A stretch of DNA of 64,000 nucleotides, from positions 2,560 through 66,559 of the forward strand of contig JBBSFD010000013.1 of assembly GCA_038239115.1 (NCBI GenBank), in the 5' to 3' direction. This document shows, piece after piece, positions 35,213 through 46,559 of the stretch (its first letter is position 1; every line of letters starts with the position of its first letter). A model generated the notes under the pieces. It was given only the letters and a program-made list of their open reading frames with translations. It did not search any database and was not told the origin of the DNA. The position numbers and the translations under genes were made by a program. Origin of the DNA: Candidatus Limnocylindrales bacterium (lineage in GTDB: Bacteria > Chloroflexota > Limnocylindria > Limnocylindrales > CSP1-4).

Positions 35213-36300
35213 GATTCGCCCGCTCCGCCGACCGAGCTCAGGCCATCGTCGGGCGGGCCGGCGCCCACGAAGATGGCGCTGGCCAGGCGATCGGCCCGGT
35301 TGCCCACCAGCGAGCCCTCCGGCTCGGGTAGACGGGTGACCGCGACGGCACCAGCCGAGTCGGCCGCGGCCGCCGGATCGAGCGAGCCGCCCAGGGCCCG
35401 AGCCAGGAATGCCGCGATCGTGCGCCGGTAGGCCTCGTTCTCGTACAGCCAGGTGTGGCCGCCCTCGGACACGACGAACAGCTCCACTGCCGGGTCGTCA
35501 GCGGACCGTCCGGCAGTGGCGGCGGCCAGCAGGCGCCGAGCGTGGTCGACCGGGATGACCGTGTCCAGCTCACCGTGGACGAGCAGGATCGGACCGCGAT
35601 AGTGGGCGATGGCCGCGCCGGCGCTGATCTGGTCGACGCGGTGCCCGCGGGGTCGGACGAACTCGCGCGTCGTGAGCCAGCTCAGCGGCCCGGCCACCTG
35701 AGCCGGGAAGGGCAGGTGGGCCAGCCGGAAGGTCTCGCTCACCAGACGGCGCGGATCAGACGGCGCGGACGAGCTGACGAGAGCCGCCACCCGGGGGTCC
35801 GCGGCGGCCGCCAGGATCGCCCCGGCCGCGCCCATCGAGTGGCCCAGGATCGCGCCGGTCGTGACCTCGGGGCGAGCCACCAAGGTCGCGAACGCAGCCG
35901 CGGCATCCGCTCCGAACTCGCCGGCGCTGACCGGCAGCGTCTCGGCGTCATTGGCCCCGTGCCCGCGGATGTCGAAGGCCAGGCAATGGAAGCCAGCGGC
36001 GTTCAGGAACTGGATATTGCCGAGCATCCGGTCGCGGGCCGAATCCCAGCCGTGGACAAGGGCCACACCGGGACCTGGCCGGCCACCGTTGGCCGGGACG
36101 AACCAGGCCGGCAGGTCGCCGCTGGGCGAGCGTACGACGGTGTCCTCGAACGGCAGCCCGAAGTCCGCCGGGTCGAACCGGGGTGGCCGGCGCTGGGGAA
36201 AGCCGGCCCTGACGCGGTAGATCTGGCTGAAGCGCCAGGCGAGGGCCAGCGGCAGGGCAGCGGCGGTCGCCACGATGCCGGCGCGGCGAACCTTGGACAT
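35209..36300 (-). CDS. alpha/beta hydrolase (membrane-anchored, canonical GHSMG nucleophile)
   Basis: Start MSKVRRAGIVATAAALPLALAW at 36300. Motifs VALVHGWDS and ILGHSMGAAG. The stop overlaps the nitroreductase GTG (GTGA). Confidence 0.8.
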   Translation of the reverse strand: MSKVRRAGIVATAAALPLALAWRFSQIYRVRAGFPQRRPPRFDPADFGLPFEDTVVRSPSGDLPAWFVPANGGRPGPGVALVHGWDSARDRMLGNIQFLNAAGFHCLAFDIRGHGANDAETLPVSAGEFGADAAAAFATLVARPEVTTGAILGHSMGAAGAILAAAADPRVAALVSSSAPSDPRRLVSETFRLAHLPFPAQVAGPLSWLTTREFVRPRGHRVDQISAGAAIAHYRGPILLVHGELDTVIPVDHARRLLAAATAGRSADDPAVELFVVSEGGHTWLYENEAYRRTIAAFLARALGGSLDPAAAADSAGAVAVTRLPEPEGSLVGNRADRLASAIFVGAGPPDDGLSSVGGAGES

Positions 36301-36416
36301 GGGCCAATGGGACGCCGGGCGAGAGCTCCTGTCAAGCGTGGCCCGATCGGCGGGCGCCACCGGTCCCGGCATCGGGCTGGCATCGGGCTTGGCCGGGCGG
36401 ACGCTAGACTCGGGCG

Positions 36417-37187
36417 GTGAAGAAACGCGATCCGCACGTCGTCCTGGGTGTCGAGGCCGGGGCTTCGGTGGCCACGGTCAAGGCGGCATGGCGCCGACTC
36501 GCCCGGGCCAATCACCCCGATCTCAACGCCGGCGACCCGGCCGCCGCCCGAGCCGCCACGGCCCGGATGGTCGAGATCAACGCGGCGTACGAGCAGCTCC
36601 GCGAAGGGGGCACGGCGGAGCGGGAAGCCCGGGCGGCCGGCAAGGCCCCGCGCTCGACGGCCGATGCGGCCGCCTTTGACGCCTCCGGCACTAGGCGCGG
36701 CACGGGCGGCGTTCCACCGCCCCGGCCGACTCGCCCGGTGACCGCCCATCTCGACACAAGCGAGGTCCTCCACGCCCGCAACCGGACGATCGATCCGGCG
36801 GGCGCGGCCGTTCGAAATGGCTCATTCGGCCGGCACGGCTCGCTCGACCAGCCGGCTCGCCGGTCACGGGCCAGCGACCTCGGCCCACGGCGTGCCTCCG
36901 AGCCGACGGGCCCAACCCGGTTCGGCCGGGTGCGCAACTTCCAGGCACCCGTGCCGCCTCCGCTCGACCTGGCCCTGGCGACCGAGATGACCTTTGGCAA
37001 GTTCCACGGCCACACCCTGGGCCAGATCGCGGCCTTCGAGCCGAGCTACATCGACTGGGTGTCGGGCACGATCACCCGCGATCCCGAGCTGGTGGCCGCG
37101 GCCCGCGTCGTGCGTGCCGAGCTGGACCGGCGAGGCGTGGTCCGGCGGGTGCGCGAGACCCACGAGATGCGCTCGCCGCTCGACTGA
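36417..37187 (+). CDS. J-domain (DnaJ-like) protein with C-terminal DUF3820-like module
   Basis: GTG start. J domain DPHVVLGVEAGASVATVKAAWRRLARANHPDLN. C-terminus FGKFHGHTLGQIAAFEPSYIDWV. Confidence 0.8.
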   Translation: MKKRDPHVVLGVEAGASVATVKAAWRRLARANHPDLNAGDPAAARAATARMVEINAAYEQLREGGTAEREARAAGKAPRSTADAAAFDASGTRRGTGGVPPPRPTRPVTAHLDTSEVLHARNRTIDPAGAAVRNGSFGRHGSLDQPARRSRASDLGPRRASEPTGPTRFGRVRNFQAPVPPPLDLALATEMTFGKFHGHTLGQIAAFEPSYIDWVSGTITRDPELVAAARVVRAELDRRGVVRRVRETHEMRSPLD

Positions 37188-37214
37188 GGCGGCTCACTCC
37201 CGGGCCACAAGCGA

Positions 37215-37242
37215 AACGCCTCCGAGTGCCCTCGGAGGCGTT
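37215..37242. terminator. perfect 12-bp hairpin, likely bidirectional terminator
   Basis: AACGCCTCCGAG-TGCC-CTCGGAGGCGTT, flanked by GCGAAA upstream and TCGTT downstream. Confidence 0.6.
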
Positions 37243-37244
37243 CG

Positions 37245-37508
37245 TTAGATGTTCAGATGAAGGTGGCGATAAGGCCTGCCGTCATGTACGAGTCCCGGGC
37301 CCGCTGGCCGATTGATCATGGTTGCTCGGCTCGTGACCCGGAGTGGCTGGGCCTCATCGACGGTTCCCTGGGATACCCCTGAACCGTCCTGTAGCAGAGA
37401 CTCGACCGGTTCCAGATCCGTGACCGACGCCCCGGGTTCCTCCCCGGATGGCTCGCTCGACGGCGTTGCCAAACGGTACGCCCGGGCCGGTCCGGACACC
37501 ATGGCCAT
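37245..37508 (-). CDS. possible small acidic protein (87 aa), weak call
   Basis: MAMVSGPARAYRLATPSSEPSGEEPGASVTDLEPVESLLQDGSGVSQGTVDEAQPLRV... It ends 2 nt before the hairpin at 37215-37242. It fills an otherwise empty 350-nt stretch downstream of the oxidoreductase. No family recognised. Confidence 0.25.
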   Translation of the reverse strand: MAMVSGPARAYRLATPSSEPSGEEPGASVTDLEPVESLLQDGSGVSQGTVDEAQPLRVTSRATMINRPAGPGLVHDGRPYRHLHLNI

Positions 37509-37588
37509 TCCGTCGGATTCGGGCAGATCCCTTGGTCGGGCGCACCGACGCACCACCCCGTGGACGGAGGTACTGGTGCGCGCACCGG

Positions 37589-38905
37589 CTAGAGGACGTC
37601 GCGCTCGCGTTCCTCGAACCTGCGGTCCGCTCGGAAAGGCGATCGGCCGTCGGCGTCCGCGGTCAGGCCACCGGGCGGTGCCGTCGAGCGACCGCCGATC
37701 AGGTCGACGAGCAGGCGGCTGCCGCCGGCGGAGCCCATCACCCCGTGGCCGCTGTAGCCGCCGTTGAGCCACAGGCCGTCGATGGCGGTCGGCGAGATGT
37801 ACGGCCGGTGATCCGGGGTCACCTCGTACTGGCCGGCCTGGACCGAGAACGGTGCCCCGCCGGATCGCCAGGTTTCGGCCCAGAACGGACTGATCCGGGC
37901 GACCGACACCGGCGAAGCCGGATCGAGCAGGCGGAATGCGGCCTCGGCCGTGCCGCTGGGTGCCCAGGCGGGCTCCCCGGGCTCAGTCGTCGGGTCAGTA
38001 TGGAGGACAAGCGCCCCTCGCAGCCACGGCCGCCAGTGGGCGGCCGTCTCGTCGTCGATCGTCATCGGCGCTTCGGCCGGCACGGCCGGCAGGTCGGGGA
38101 TCGACACCCGCTGGCGGAGGGTCGGGGCCAGGGCGATGGACACGCCGGCCAGGGCCGCGGTCTGGGCCAGGAATGGGCCGCTGGCCAGGATCACGAGCGG
38201 GGCGGAGATCGAGCCGCCGGCCGTCGACACCCCCGCGACCCGGCCCGCCACGACGTCCACGCCCATCACCGCGTTGTCCAGGCAGAACGTCGCCTCGGCG
38301 GTGCCGGTCGGCCGCTCCACGCCCGGCCCGTTCGAGGCCGCCAGGGCGTAACCGACCGCCACCCGGACCTGGTCGATGAAGCCATCCGCAGCCCGGAAGC
38401 GGGCGCTCAGGACATCGCCCGAGACGTACGGAAAGCGGGCCCGGGTCTCGTCGCCGCTGAGCAGCTCGACGTCGGCCAGGCCGAGCCCGCGCTGGCGCTC
38501 GACCATCCGGCGCTGGCGCTCGACGCCGGCCGGCTCGGTCGTGCAGAAGAGGTAGCCCTGGGGCCGCAGCCGGATGTCATAGCCGGGCAGGCCCACCCGG
38601 GCCGGGTAGTCGAACAGCAGGTCGACCCCCTCCCGCACGAGGGCCAGCTCCTCGGCGTTGTCATGCTGGAGCCGATAGGCCCCGGTGGCCGCAGCCGTGG
38701 TAAGGGTGGCCAGGGCCGGCCGGGCATCGACGACCACGGTCCGGAGGCCGGCGGCGGTTGTGTAGAAGGCCGTCGCGCAGCCGACCACGCCGCCGCCGAC
38801 GATGACGACATCGGCCGTCTTCGGGAGCGAGCCCCGGCGCAGCCGGAACGGGAGGTCCGAGAGCGGTCCCGGACGGGCTGGACCTGGCGCGGGCGGAGGG
38901 GCCAT
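37589..38905 (-). CDS. FAD-dependent oxidoreductase (DAO / sarcosine-oxidase-beta-like)
   Basis: Start MAPPPAPGP at 38905. Dinucleotide fold ADVVIVGGGVVGCATAFY. About 439 aa. Confidence 0.8.
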   Translation of the reverse strand: MAPPPAPGPARPGPLSDLPFRLRRGSLPKTADVVIVGGGVVGCATAFYTTAAGLRTVVVDARPALATLTTAAATGAYRLQHDNAEELALVREGVDLLFDYPARVGLPGYDIRLRPQGYLFCTTEPAGVERQRRMVERQRGLGLADVELLSGDETRARFPYVSGDVLSARFRAADGFIDQVRVAVGYALAASNGPGVERPTGTAEATFCLDNAVMGVDVVAGRVAGVSTAGGSISAPLVILASGPFLAQTAALAGVSIALAPTLRQRVSIPDLPAVPAEAPMTIDDETAAHWRPWLRGALVLHTDPTTEPGEPAWAPSGTAEAAFRLLDPASPVSVARISPFWAETWRSGGAPFSVQAGQYEVTPDHRPYISPTAIDGLWLNGGYSGHGVMGSAGGSRLLVDLIGGRSTAPPGGLTADADGRSPFRADRRFEERERDVL

Positions 38906-38963
38906 CGGACCGGACGATAGCGCCTTGGGGCAGCATCCGACGGCCCGACGTATCCTCGGGCCC

Positions 38964-39581
38964 GTGCCAGCCATCGCAACCCGGAGCCGGGTCCGAGCCC
39001 GACGCGCGCTTCCGCTCCTGGCGATCGCCATGGCCGCCGGCCTGGTCGCCGGCTGCATGTCCGATCCGGACGCTCCCGCCTCGTTCGACCCATCGGCCGC
39101 CTGCAACGGCGCCGACAGCCAGGTCATGGCCGGGAGTTACCCGGAGCTCGAGGTGCTCCTGCCGACGAGCCTCGCCGGGGTCAAGCCGACCAGCCTGGTG
39201 TCGGGCCGGTTGTGCTCGGCCAACACGCTCGGAACGCTGTACGACGACGGCATCCGTGAGAGCCACTTCGGCAGCGCCGTGTGGGACCGGGGCGGCGGTT
39301 CAGGGATCCAGATGACGGTCATGGAGGCTGCCGGACTGACCGTGGCCAACGCCATCAAGTCCTACGACAACGGGGCCGCCAACGCGCCCAAGGTGCACGC
39401 CCTGACGACCACCAACGTGACGGTCAACGGGCTGGCCGGCATGCGCCTGGACATCGAGAACGACGATTTCCAGCAGGAGGTGGTGATCTGGCCGACCGGC
39501 ACGGCCGGCCGGCTTCGGGTCCTGATCGCCTCGAACATCCACGAACCAGACCTCCAGGCCGCCCTCGCCACGTTTCGCTGA
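38964..39581 (+). CDS. lipoprotein, function unknown
   Basis: GTG at 38964. Signal peptide and lipobox RRALPLLAIAMAAGLVAGC. Confidence 0.6.
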   Translation: MPAIATRSRVRARRALPLLAIAMAAGLVAGCMSDPDAPASFDPSAACNGADSQVMAGSYPELEVLLPTSLAGVKPTSLVSGRLCSANTLGTLYDDGIRESHFGSAVWDRGGGSGIQMTVMEAAGLTVANAIKSYDNGAANAPKVHALTTTNVTVNGLAGMRLDIENDDFQQEVVIWPTGTAGRLRVLIASNIHEPDLQAALATFR

Positions 39582-39626
39582 TTCGGCTCGGCGGATCGAG
39601 CCGGAGCTCGTGCTAGAGTCGCGGCC

Positions 39627-41411
39627 ATGACCTGGTCAGCCAAGCGCCGCGCCTGGGAGAAGGAGCGCCTGCAGGCCGCCCTCGAGCGGGCGCCCGAGCG
39701 GAGGACCGGCTTCAGCACGATCAGCGACGTCGAGGTCGAGCGGCTGTACGGACCGTGGGACTGGACGGCCGATCCGGCCGCCGGCCAGGCTGGTGGCCCG
39801 GCCGCGGAACCGACCGGGCCGGGTGGACCGACGGCCGTCGATCACCTGGGCGAGCCGCTCAATGCTGGCCGCTGGCAGGACTTCGACCCGCTCCGCGATA
39901 TCGGCCTGCCCGGCGAGCCGCCGTTCACCCGGGGGATCCACCCGACCGCCTACCGCAGCCGGCTGTGGACGATGCGCATGTTCGCCGGATTCGGGGCGGC
40001 CGAGGATACGAACGCCCGGTTCCGGCAGCTCCTGGCCGCCGGCCAGACCGGGCTGTCGGTGGCCTTCGACATGCCCACCCTGTACGGCTACGACACGGAC
40101 GATCCCGAGGCCGAGGGCGAGTTCGGCACGTGCGGGGTGGCCGTCTGCAGCCTGGCCGACATGGAGGTCCTGCTGGCCGACCTGCCCCTCGAGCGGATCA
40201 GCACGTCGATGACGATCAACTCGCCGGCAGCGCCGATCTGGGCGATGTATATCGCAGCGGCGGAGAAGCGCGGTGTGCCTCGCTCGGTCCTGGAAGGGAC
40301 CCTCCAGAACGACATCCTCAAGGAGTTCGTGGCCCAGAAGGAGTTCCTGTTTCCGCCGGAGCAGTCGATCCGGCTGGTGACCGACACGATCGAGTTCGGC
40401 ACGCGCGAGCTGCCCCGCTGGAACACGATCTCGATCAGCGGCTATCACATTCGAGAAGCCGGCTCGACCGCCGTCCAGGAGCTGGCCTTCACCATCGCCG
40501 ACGGCATGGCCTACGTCGAGGAATGCCTCCGCCGGGGCCTGCGGGTCGACGAGTTCGCACCGCGCCTGAGCTTCTTTTTCAATAGCCACAGCGATTTCTT
40601 CGAGGAGATCGCCAAGTTCCGGGCGGCCCGCCGGATCTGGTATCGGCTGATGACCGAGCGCTATCGCGCCGAGAACGAGCGCTCGACCTGGCTGCGCTTC
40701 CACACCCAGACGGCGGGTGTCAGCCTGACCGCCCAGCAGCCCCTCAACAACCTGACCCGGGTGGCGATCCAGGCCCTGGCGGCCGTGCTGGGCGGCACCC
40801 AGTCCCTCCATACCGATGCCTACGACGAGGCCTGGGCAGTGCCGTCGGCCGAGGCCGCCCTGCTGGCCCTCCGCCAGCAGCAGGTGATCGCCGAGGAGAC
40901 CGGCGTGGCCTCGACCGTGGATCCGCTGGGCGGGAGCTGGTTCGTCGAGTCGCTCACGAACGAGACGGAGCGCGCCGTCTGGCGCTACCTCGACGAGATC
41001 GACCGGCGGGGCGGCATGGTCAAGGCGATCGCCGAGGGCTACCCCCAGCGCGAGATCGCCGATGCCGCCTACCGCTTCCAGCGCGAGCTCGACGCCGGTG
41101 AGCGCACGATCGTGGGGGTCAACAGCCAGGTCGATTCCGAGGAGCGATTGTCGATCCCGCTCCTCGCGGTCTCCGAGGAGTCAAAGCGACGCCACCTCGA
41201 CCGTCTGGCCCGCACCCGGCGCGAACGTGATCCCGAGGCAGTCGCCGCGGCCTTGGCGGGCCTGCACGCAGCCGCCGCCCGGGCTGGCTCTTCCGAGACG
41301 AACCTGATGCCCCATTTCCTGCGCTGCGCCGAGGCCTACGCGACCCTCGGCGAGCAATGTGGGGTGCTCCGCCAGGTGTTCGGCGAATACCGCGAGCCGG
41401 TCGCCGTCTGA
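39627..41411 (+). CDS. acyl-CoA (methylmalonyl/isobutyryl-CoA) mutase, large catalytic subunit without B12 domain
   Basis: 594 aa. Motifs [53 protein letters not shown] and RFHTQTAG. Confidence 0.92.
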   Translation: MTWSAKRRAWEKERLQAALERAPERRTGFSTISDVEVERLYGPWDWTADPAAGQAGGPAAEPTGPGGPTAVDHLGEPLNAGRWQDFDPLRDIGLPGEPPFTRGIHPTAYRSRLWTMRMFAGFGAAEDTNARFRQLLAAGQTGLSVAFDMPTLYGYDTDDPEAEGEFGTCGVAVCSLADMEVLLADLPLERISTSMTINSPAAPIWAMYIAAAEKRGVPRSVLEGTLQNDILKEFVAQKEFLFPPEQSIRLVTDTIEFGTRELPRWNTISISGYHIREAGSTAVQELAFTIADGMAYVEECLRRGLRVDEFAPRLSFFFNSHSDFFEEIAKFRAARRIWYRLMTERYRAENERSTWLRFHTQTAGVSLTAQQPLNNLTRVAIQALAAVLGGTQSLHTDAYDEAWAVPSAEAALLALRQQQVIAEETGVASTVDPLGGSWFVESLTNETERAVWRYLDEIDRRGGMVKAIAEGYPQREIADAAYRFQRELDAGERTIVGVNSQVDSEERLSIPLLAVSEESKRRHLDRLARTRRERDPEAVAAALAGLHAAAARAGSSETNLMPHFLRCAEAYATLGEQCGVLRQVFGEYREPVAV

Positions 41412-41433
41412 TCCCGGCGAGTACCATCCCGGC

Positions 41434-41922
41434 ATGTACCTTGACGCCCTCGAATTCCTTGAAGACGAGCGAGCCGCCTGGCGCCCATTCGAGGCGCTCC
41501 TCGAGCTTAGCGATGCCGACCTGTCGCTTCCGCTCGAGACCGTCCACGGCTGGTCCGGGCGCGACCTGATGAGCCACCTGTCCCACTGGCAGGGCGTCGC
41601 CCTCACCGTGGCCCAGGAGCTGGCCCTGCGCGAGACGAGCCAGACCAAGGTCCGGTCCGATGTCGAGTGGGACGCCCGCGGTGACGAGCTCAACGAGGCG
41701 ATCCGGCTGGCCGACCTGGCCCTGACGATGGACGAGCTCCGAGCGCGCTTCGTCGCGACCCCGGGCGAGCTGCGCGGCTACCTGACGGTCGTGCCCGAGA
41801 CGCGCTGGCTGAAGAACACCGAATACGAGAACTTCTTCCTCGACGAGACGACCGACCACTACGCGGCTCACATGGCCGACCTGACCGCCGTCCTGGCCTC
41901 CGCGGCGGCCGCTCCGGCCTGA
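41434..41922 (+). CDS. ClbS/DfsB (DUF1706) or DinB-superfamily four-helix-bundle protein
   Basis: WSGRDLMSHLSHWQ..LNEAI..ETTDHYAAHMADL pattern. Confidence 0.6.
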   Translation: MYLDALEFLEDERAAWRPFEALLELSDADLSLPLETVHGWSGRDLMSHLSHWQGVALTVAQELALRETSQTKVRSDVEWDARGDELNEAIRLADLALTMDELRARFVATPGELRGYLTVVPETRWLKNTEYENFFLDETTDHYAAHMADLTAVLASAAAAPA

Positions 41923-41960
41923 CCGGCTGCGCGGCGCCGCTCGGGCGTGGCCCAGGCCTC

Positions 41961-42138
41961 GGGTTCTTCCGGAATATCAGCCCGTGGAGTAGTACGAAAG
42001 GAATCAGCCTGCAAGCGGCCGCCTGCGGCGCGGATCGGGCCGAGCCAAGCGTGGAATCCGGGCCAGCCGCCGCAAGTGGCTCAAAGAGTGGCTCGAGTCC
42101 TTCCGTTGCACTACCCGGGTTGATAATCCGGAAGGAAC
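41961..42138 (+). repeat. palindromic structured element, copy C (short subfamily, divergent apex)
   Basis: GGGTTCTTCCGGAATATCAGCCCGTGGAGTAGTACG ... CGTTGCACTACCCGGGTTGATAATCCGGAAGGAAC. Confidence 0.8.
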
Positions 42139-42171
42139 GGCCGGATCGCCCGACCCAACGTGCCGTGCGCC

Positions 42172-42203
42172 AAAAGACCCCGTTCGATCGATCGAACGGG
42201 GTC
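42172..42203 (-). terminator. rho-independent terminator of the ArsR-trxA operon
   Basis: Palindrome GACCCCGTTCGATC|GATCGAACGGGGTC (42176-42203), followed on the minus strand by TTTT (plus-strand AAAA 42172-42175). Confidence 0.6.
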
Positions 42204-42252
42204 TCGATGCGCGCAGTGCGAGCCGCCGCGAGGGCGGCCTCGGAGCGAGTGG

Positions 42253-42633
42253 TTACTCCGCGGCGGTCTCGGTGGCGACCGGCTCAGCTGCGGGCGCGGC
42301 CGGCTGGGAGAAGCTGGCCAGGCTGAACTGCTGCTCGAGCTGCTCCATCGGCCGGAAGCCGACCACGCCCATCGGCTGCTCGCCGGGGCGGAAGAAGGCG
42401 ATCGTGGGGATGCTCATGATTCCGTACTTCTGGGACAGGCTGGGGTTGGCGTCGACGTCGACCTTGACCACGCTCACGGTGCCGTCGTACTTGGCGGCGA
42501 TCTTCTCCATCTCGGGCGCGACCATCTTGCACGGCCCACACCAGGTGGCCCAGAAGTCGACGAGGACGGGGCGATCGCTGTTGATCACCATCTCTTCGAA
42601 TGTTGCGTCGGTTACTGCCTTGATCTCGGCCAT
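42253..42633 (-). CDS. trxA: thioredoxin
   Basis: 126 aa. Active site WATWCGPCK. Confidence 0.92.
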   Translation of the reverse strand: MAEIKAVTDATFEEMVINSDRPVLVDFWATWCGPCKMVAPEMEKIAAKYDGTVSVVKVDVDANPSLSQKYGIMSIPTIAFFRPGEQPMGVVGFRPMEQLEQQFSLASFSQPAAPAAEPVATETAAE

Positions 42634-42660
42634 TGCGGGCCCCGATCCTTTCTCCCGCCG

Positions 42661-42957
42661 TTAGCGGGCAAACGTCTGAATGAGCTGATAGGCCTCAAGG
42701 ACACGCGGGTCCGAAAGGCGGTAATAGATAGTGGTGCCCTCTCGTCGGGTCGTGACCAACCCGGCGCTGCGGAGGACGGACAGATGCTGGCTCATGTTGG
42801 GGACCTGGCAGCCGACCTGACTGGACAGATCACCGACCGATTGCTCCCCGCGGGCGAGGCACTCGAGGACGCACAACCGCTTGGGATCGGCTAGGGCCCG
42901 CCCGACTGCGGCAAATCGCTGCCGCTCGAGCTCCGATGACGGTTGTACCTGTTCCAT
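42661..42957 (-). CDS. ArsR/SmtB family transcriptional regulator
   Basis: Last 98 codons of the 970-aa track ORF: ALADPKRLCVLECLARGEQSVGDLSSQVGCQVPNMSQHLSVLRSAGLV. Confidence 0.85.
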   Translation of the reverse strand: MEQVQPSSELERQRFAAVGRALADPKRLCVLECLARGEQSVGDLSSQVGCQVPNMSQHLSVLRSAGLVTTRREGTTIYYRLSDPRVLEAYQLIQTFAR

Positions 42958-43352
42958 TACCGCTACTATATCACCTTGTTGCGCAAGCGCGCAAGCACCT
43001 GGAGGGGGACGATGCGAACCCGTCGGACGATACGGCTCCTGAAGCTCTCGCGATCGGGAAGGACTACGCCGCCACGATCGCCGGATACAGCCCGGTCGAT
43101 AGTCGGACTCTCCTCGTCGAAGCCGTCGGCGGTCACGAGTCCTGGTGCCGAATCGGGGGTGTGACGGAGGGCAGCGCCGAGGTCCAGGTACGTGCGATCT
43201 GCCTCGATTGGCTGTCGCTGCCAGGCACGGCCGACGGCGTCTTCTACGGCCTGACCGTCCAATTGGCTGAACCCCTCGGCAGTCGTCGAGTCGTCGATTG
43301 CAGCAGCGGCAGCTGCCTGACAGTCCCGGACAGGGCGGTGCCAGCAGCGTAG
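42936..43352 (+). CDS. hypothetical protein (weak call)
   Basis: 138-aa ORF with a non-repetitive sequence (LLVEAVGGHESWCRIGGVTEGSAEVQVRAICLDWLSLPG). It fills a 420-nt gap. No family recognised, and a competing minus-strand ORF exists. Confidence 0.3.
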   Translation: MTVVPVPLPLLYHLVAQARKHLEGDDANPSDDTAPEALAIGKDYAATIAGYSPVDSRTLLVEAVGGHESWCRIGGVTEGSAEVQVRAICLDWLSLPGTADGVFYGLTVQLAEPLGSRRVVDCSSGSCLTVPDRAVPAA

Positions 43353-43380
43353 CCAGAGGCGCGCCCGGTACCCTTAGGCA

Positions 43381-45057
<1,677 letters not shown>

Positions 45058-45069
45058 CATACTCCGGCG

Positions 45070-46101
45070 ATGCCGGACCATATCGTGACGCTCGCCCAGA
45101 TCCAGGAAGCCCGGCTGCTGGTTGCCAGCCGGGTTCATCGGACGCCGCTGCTCAGCTCGGAGACGGCAGCCCGCTTCGCCGAATCGGCGACCGGCGCCGA
45201 GCCGGCCGGGGGACGCATCTACCTGAAGGCCGAGCACCTCCAGAAGACGGGTTCGTTCAAGCCGCGCGGGATGACCTGGAAGATGGCCTCGCTGACGCCC
45301 GACGAGCGAACCCGCGGGATCATCACCCTGTCGGCCGGCAACGCCGCCCAGGCCTACGCGTGGGCCGGTCGAGCTGCCGGCGTGCCGGTCACCGTGGTCA
45401 TGCCGGCCGGAGCGGTCCGATCGAAGGTTGACGCCTGCCTGGGCTATGGCGCCGAGGTGATCCTCCATGGAGTCGATGTCGGGGAAGCGCTGGCCGAGAT
45501 GGAACGGGTCCGGGACGCGCGTGGGTTGACCTACTGCCACCCATTCGACGATCCGTTCGTGATCGCTGGCCATGGTTCGATCGGCCTCGAGATCATTGAG
45601 GACCTGCCCGACGTCGACGTCGTCGTCGTCGGCGTGGGCGGCGGCGGGCTCATCTCGGGCGTGGCCGCCGCCCTCAAGGAGTCGCGGCCCGGCGTCCGCG
45701 TGTACGGGGTGGAGCCCGAGCGTTCGAACGCGGTATCGCTCGGCCTGGAGCGGGGCGAGGTCGTCCAGATCCAGCCGGTCAGCATCGCCGACGGGCTCGG
45801 CGCGCCGTTTGCCGGCAAGTGGACGCTGGCCATGGTCCGCAATTACGTGGACGACATCGTCCTGCTCGACGATCCAACGATCATGGCCGGCATGCGCTTC
45901 GCCGCCGAGCGGATGAAGCAGCTCCTCGAGCCGGCCGGCGCCGCCGCGCTGGCCGCCCTGCTGGCGGGCCGGATCCCGCTCCGCCCGGGAGATCGGGTCA
46001 CGGTCGTGGCCTCGGGCGGGAACGTCGACCCCAGCCGGGTCGGCGAATTCTTCGCCGGGGCGAGCGCACTGCCGGGGGCCAGCACGCTGCCCGAGGCCTA
46101 G
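45070..46101 (+). CDS. PLP-dependent threonine/serine dehydratase
   Basis: PLP lysine motif HLQKTGSFKPRG; glycine loop VGVGGGGLISG. Confidence 0.88.
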   Translation: MPDHIVTLAQIQEARLLVASRVHRTPLLSSETAARFAESATGAEPAGGRIYLKAEHLQKTGSFKPRGMTWKMASLTPDERTRGIITLSAGNAAQAYAWAGRAAGVPVTVVMPAGAVRSKVDACLGYGAEVILHGVDVGEALAEMERVRDARGLTYCHPFDDPFVIAGHGSIGLEIIEDLPDVDVVVVGVGGGGLISGVAAALKESRPGVRVYGVEPERSNAVSLGLERGEVVQIQPVSIADGLGAPFAGKWTLAMVRNYVDDIVLLDDPTIMAGMRFAAERMKQLLEPAGAAALAALLAGRIPLRPGDRVTVVASGGNVDPSRVGEFFAGASALPGASTLPEA

Positions 46102-46538
46102 CCGATCCCGAGCTCGTCCAGCCGATCGTCGTCGATGCCGACGTGGTGGGCGAGCTCGTGGACCACCGTCCGGCGGACCTCGATCTCGAGCTGACCCGGA
46201 TCGGGAAAGTCAGCCTCGAGGGGCAGCCGGAACAGGCTGATCTTGCTCGGCACGGCCGCCGCGTCGGCGCCCCACACGGTCCGCGGCACCCCTTCGTACA
46301 GGCCGTACAGGTCGCTGCCCGGCCGGACCCCGGCCGAGCTGAGCTGCTCGTCAGAGGCCGCGTCCTCGATCACGATGGCCACCTGGCCCAGGGCCGGCTG
46401 GAAGCGCTCGGGAATGCCATCGAGCGCGCGCGCCACGAGGGCCTCGAATGATGACGGGCGGAGGCCCGCCGGCAGGTGCTCGGGCGGGGTAGCGGTCGGT
46501 GGCCGCCCGGCGCGGCTGCCTCGACGTCGGATCGGCAT
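46098..46538 (-). CDS. zinicin-like metallopeptidase family protein (DUF1025-like)
   Basis: HELAHHVG zinc motif near the C-terminus. A 4-nt overlap with the convergent dehydratase gene. Confidence 0.7.
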   Translation of the reverse strand: MPIRRRGSRAGRPPTATPPEHLPAGLRPSSFEALVARALDGIPERFQPALGQVAIVIEDAASDEQLSSAGVRPGSDLYGLYEGVPRTVWGADAAAVPSKISLFRLPLEADFPDPGQLEIEVRRTVVHELAHHVGIDDDRLDELGIG

Positions 46539-46559
46539 CAGGTCCGTATCCTAGGACGC

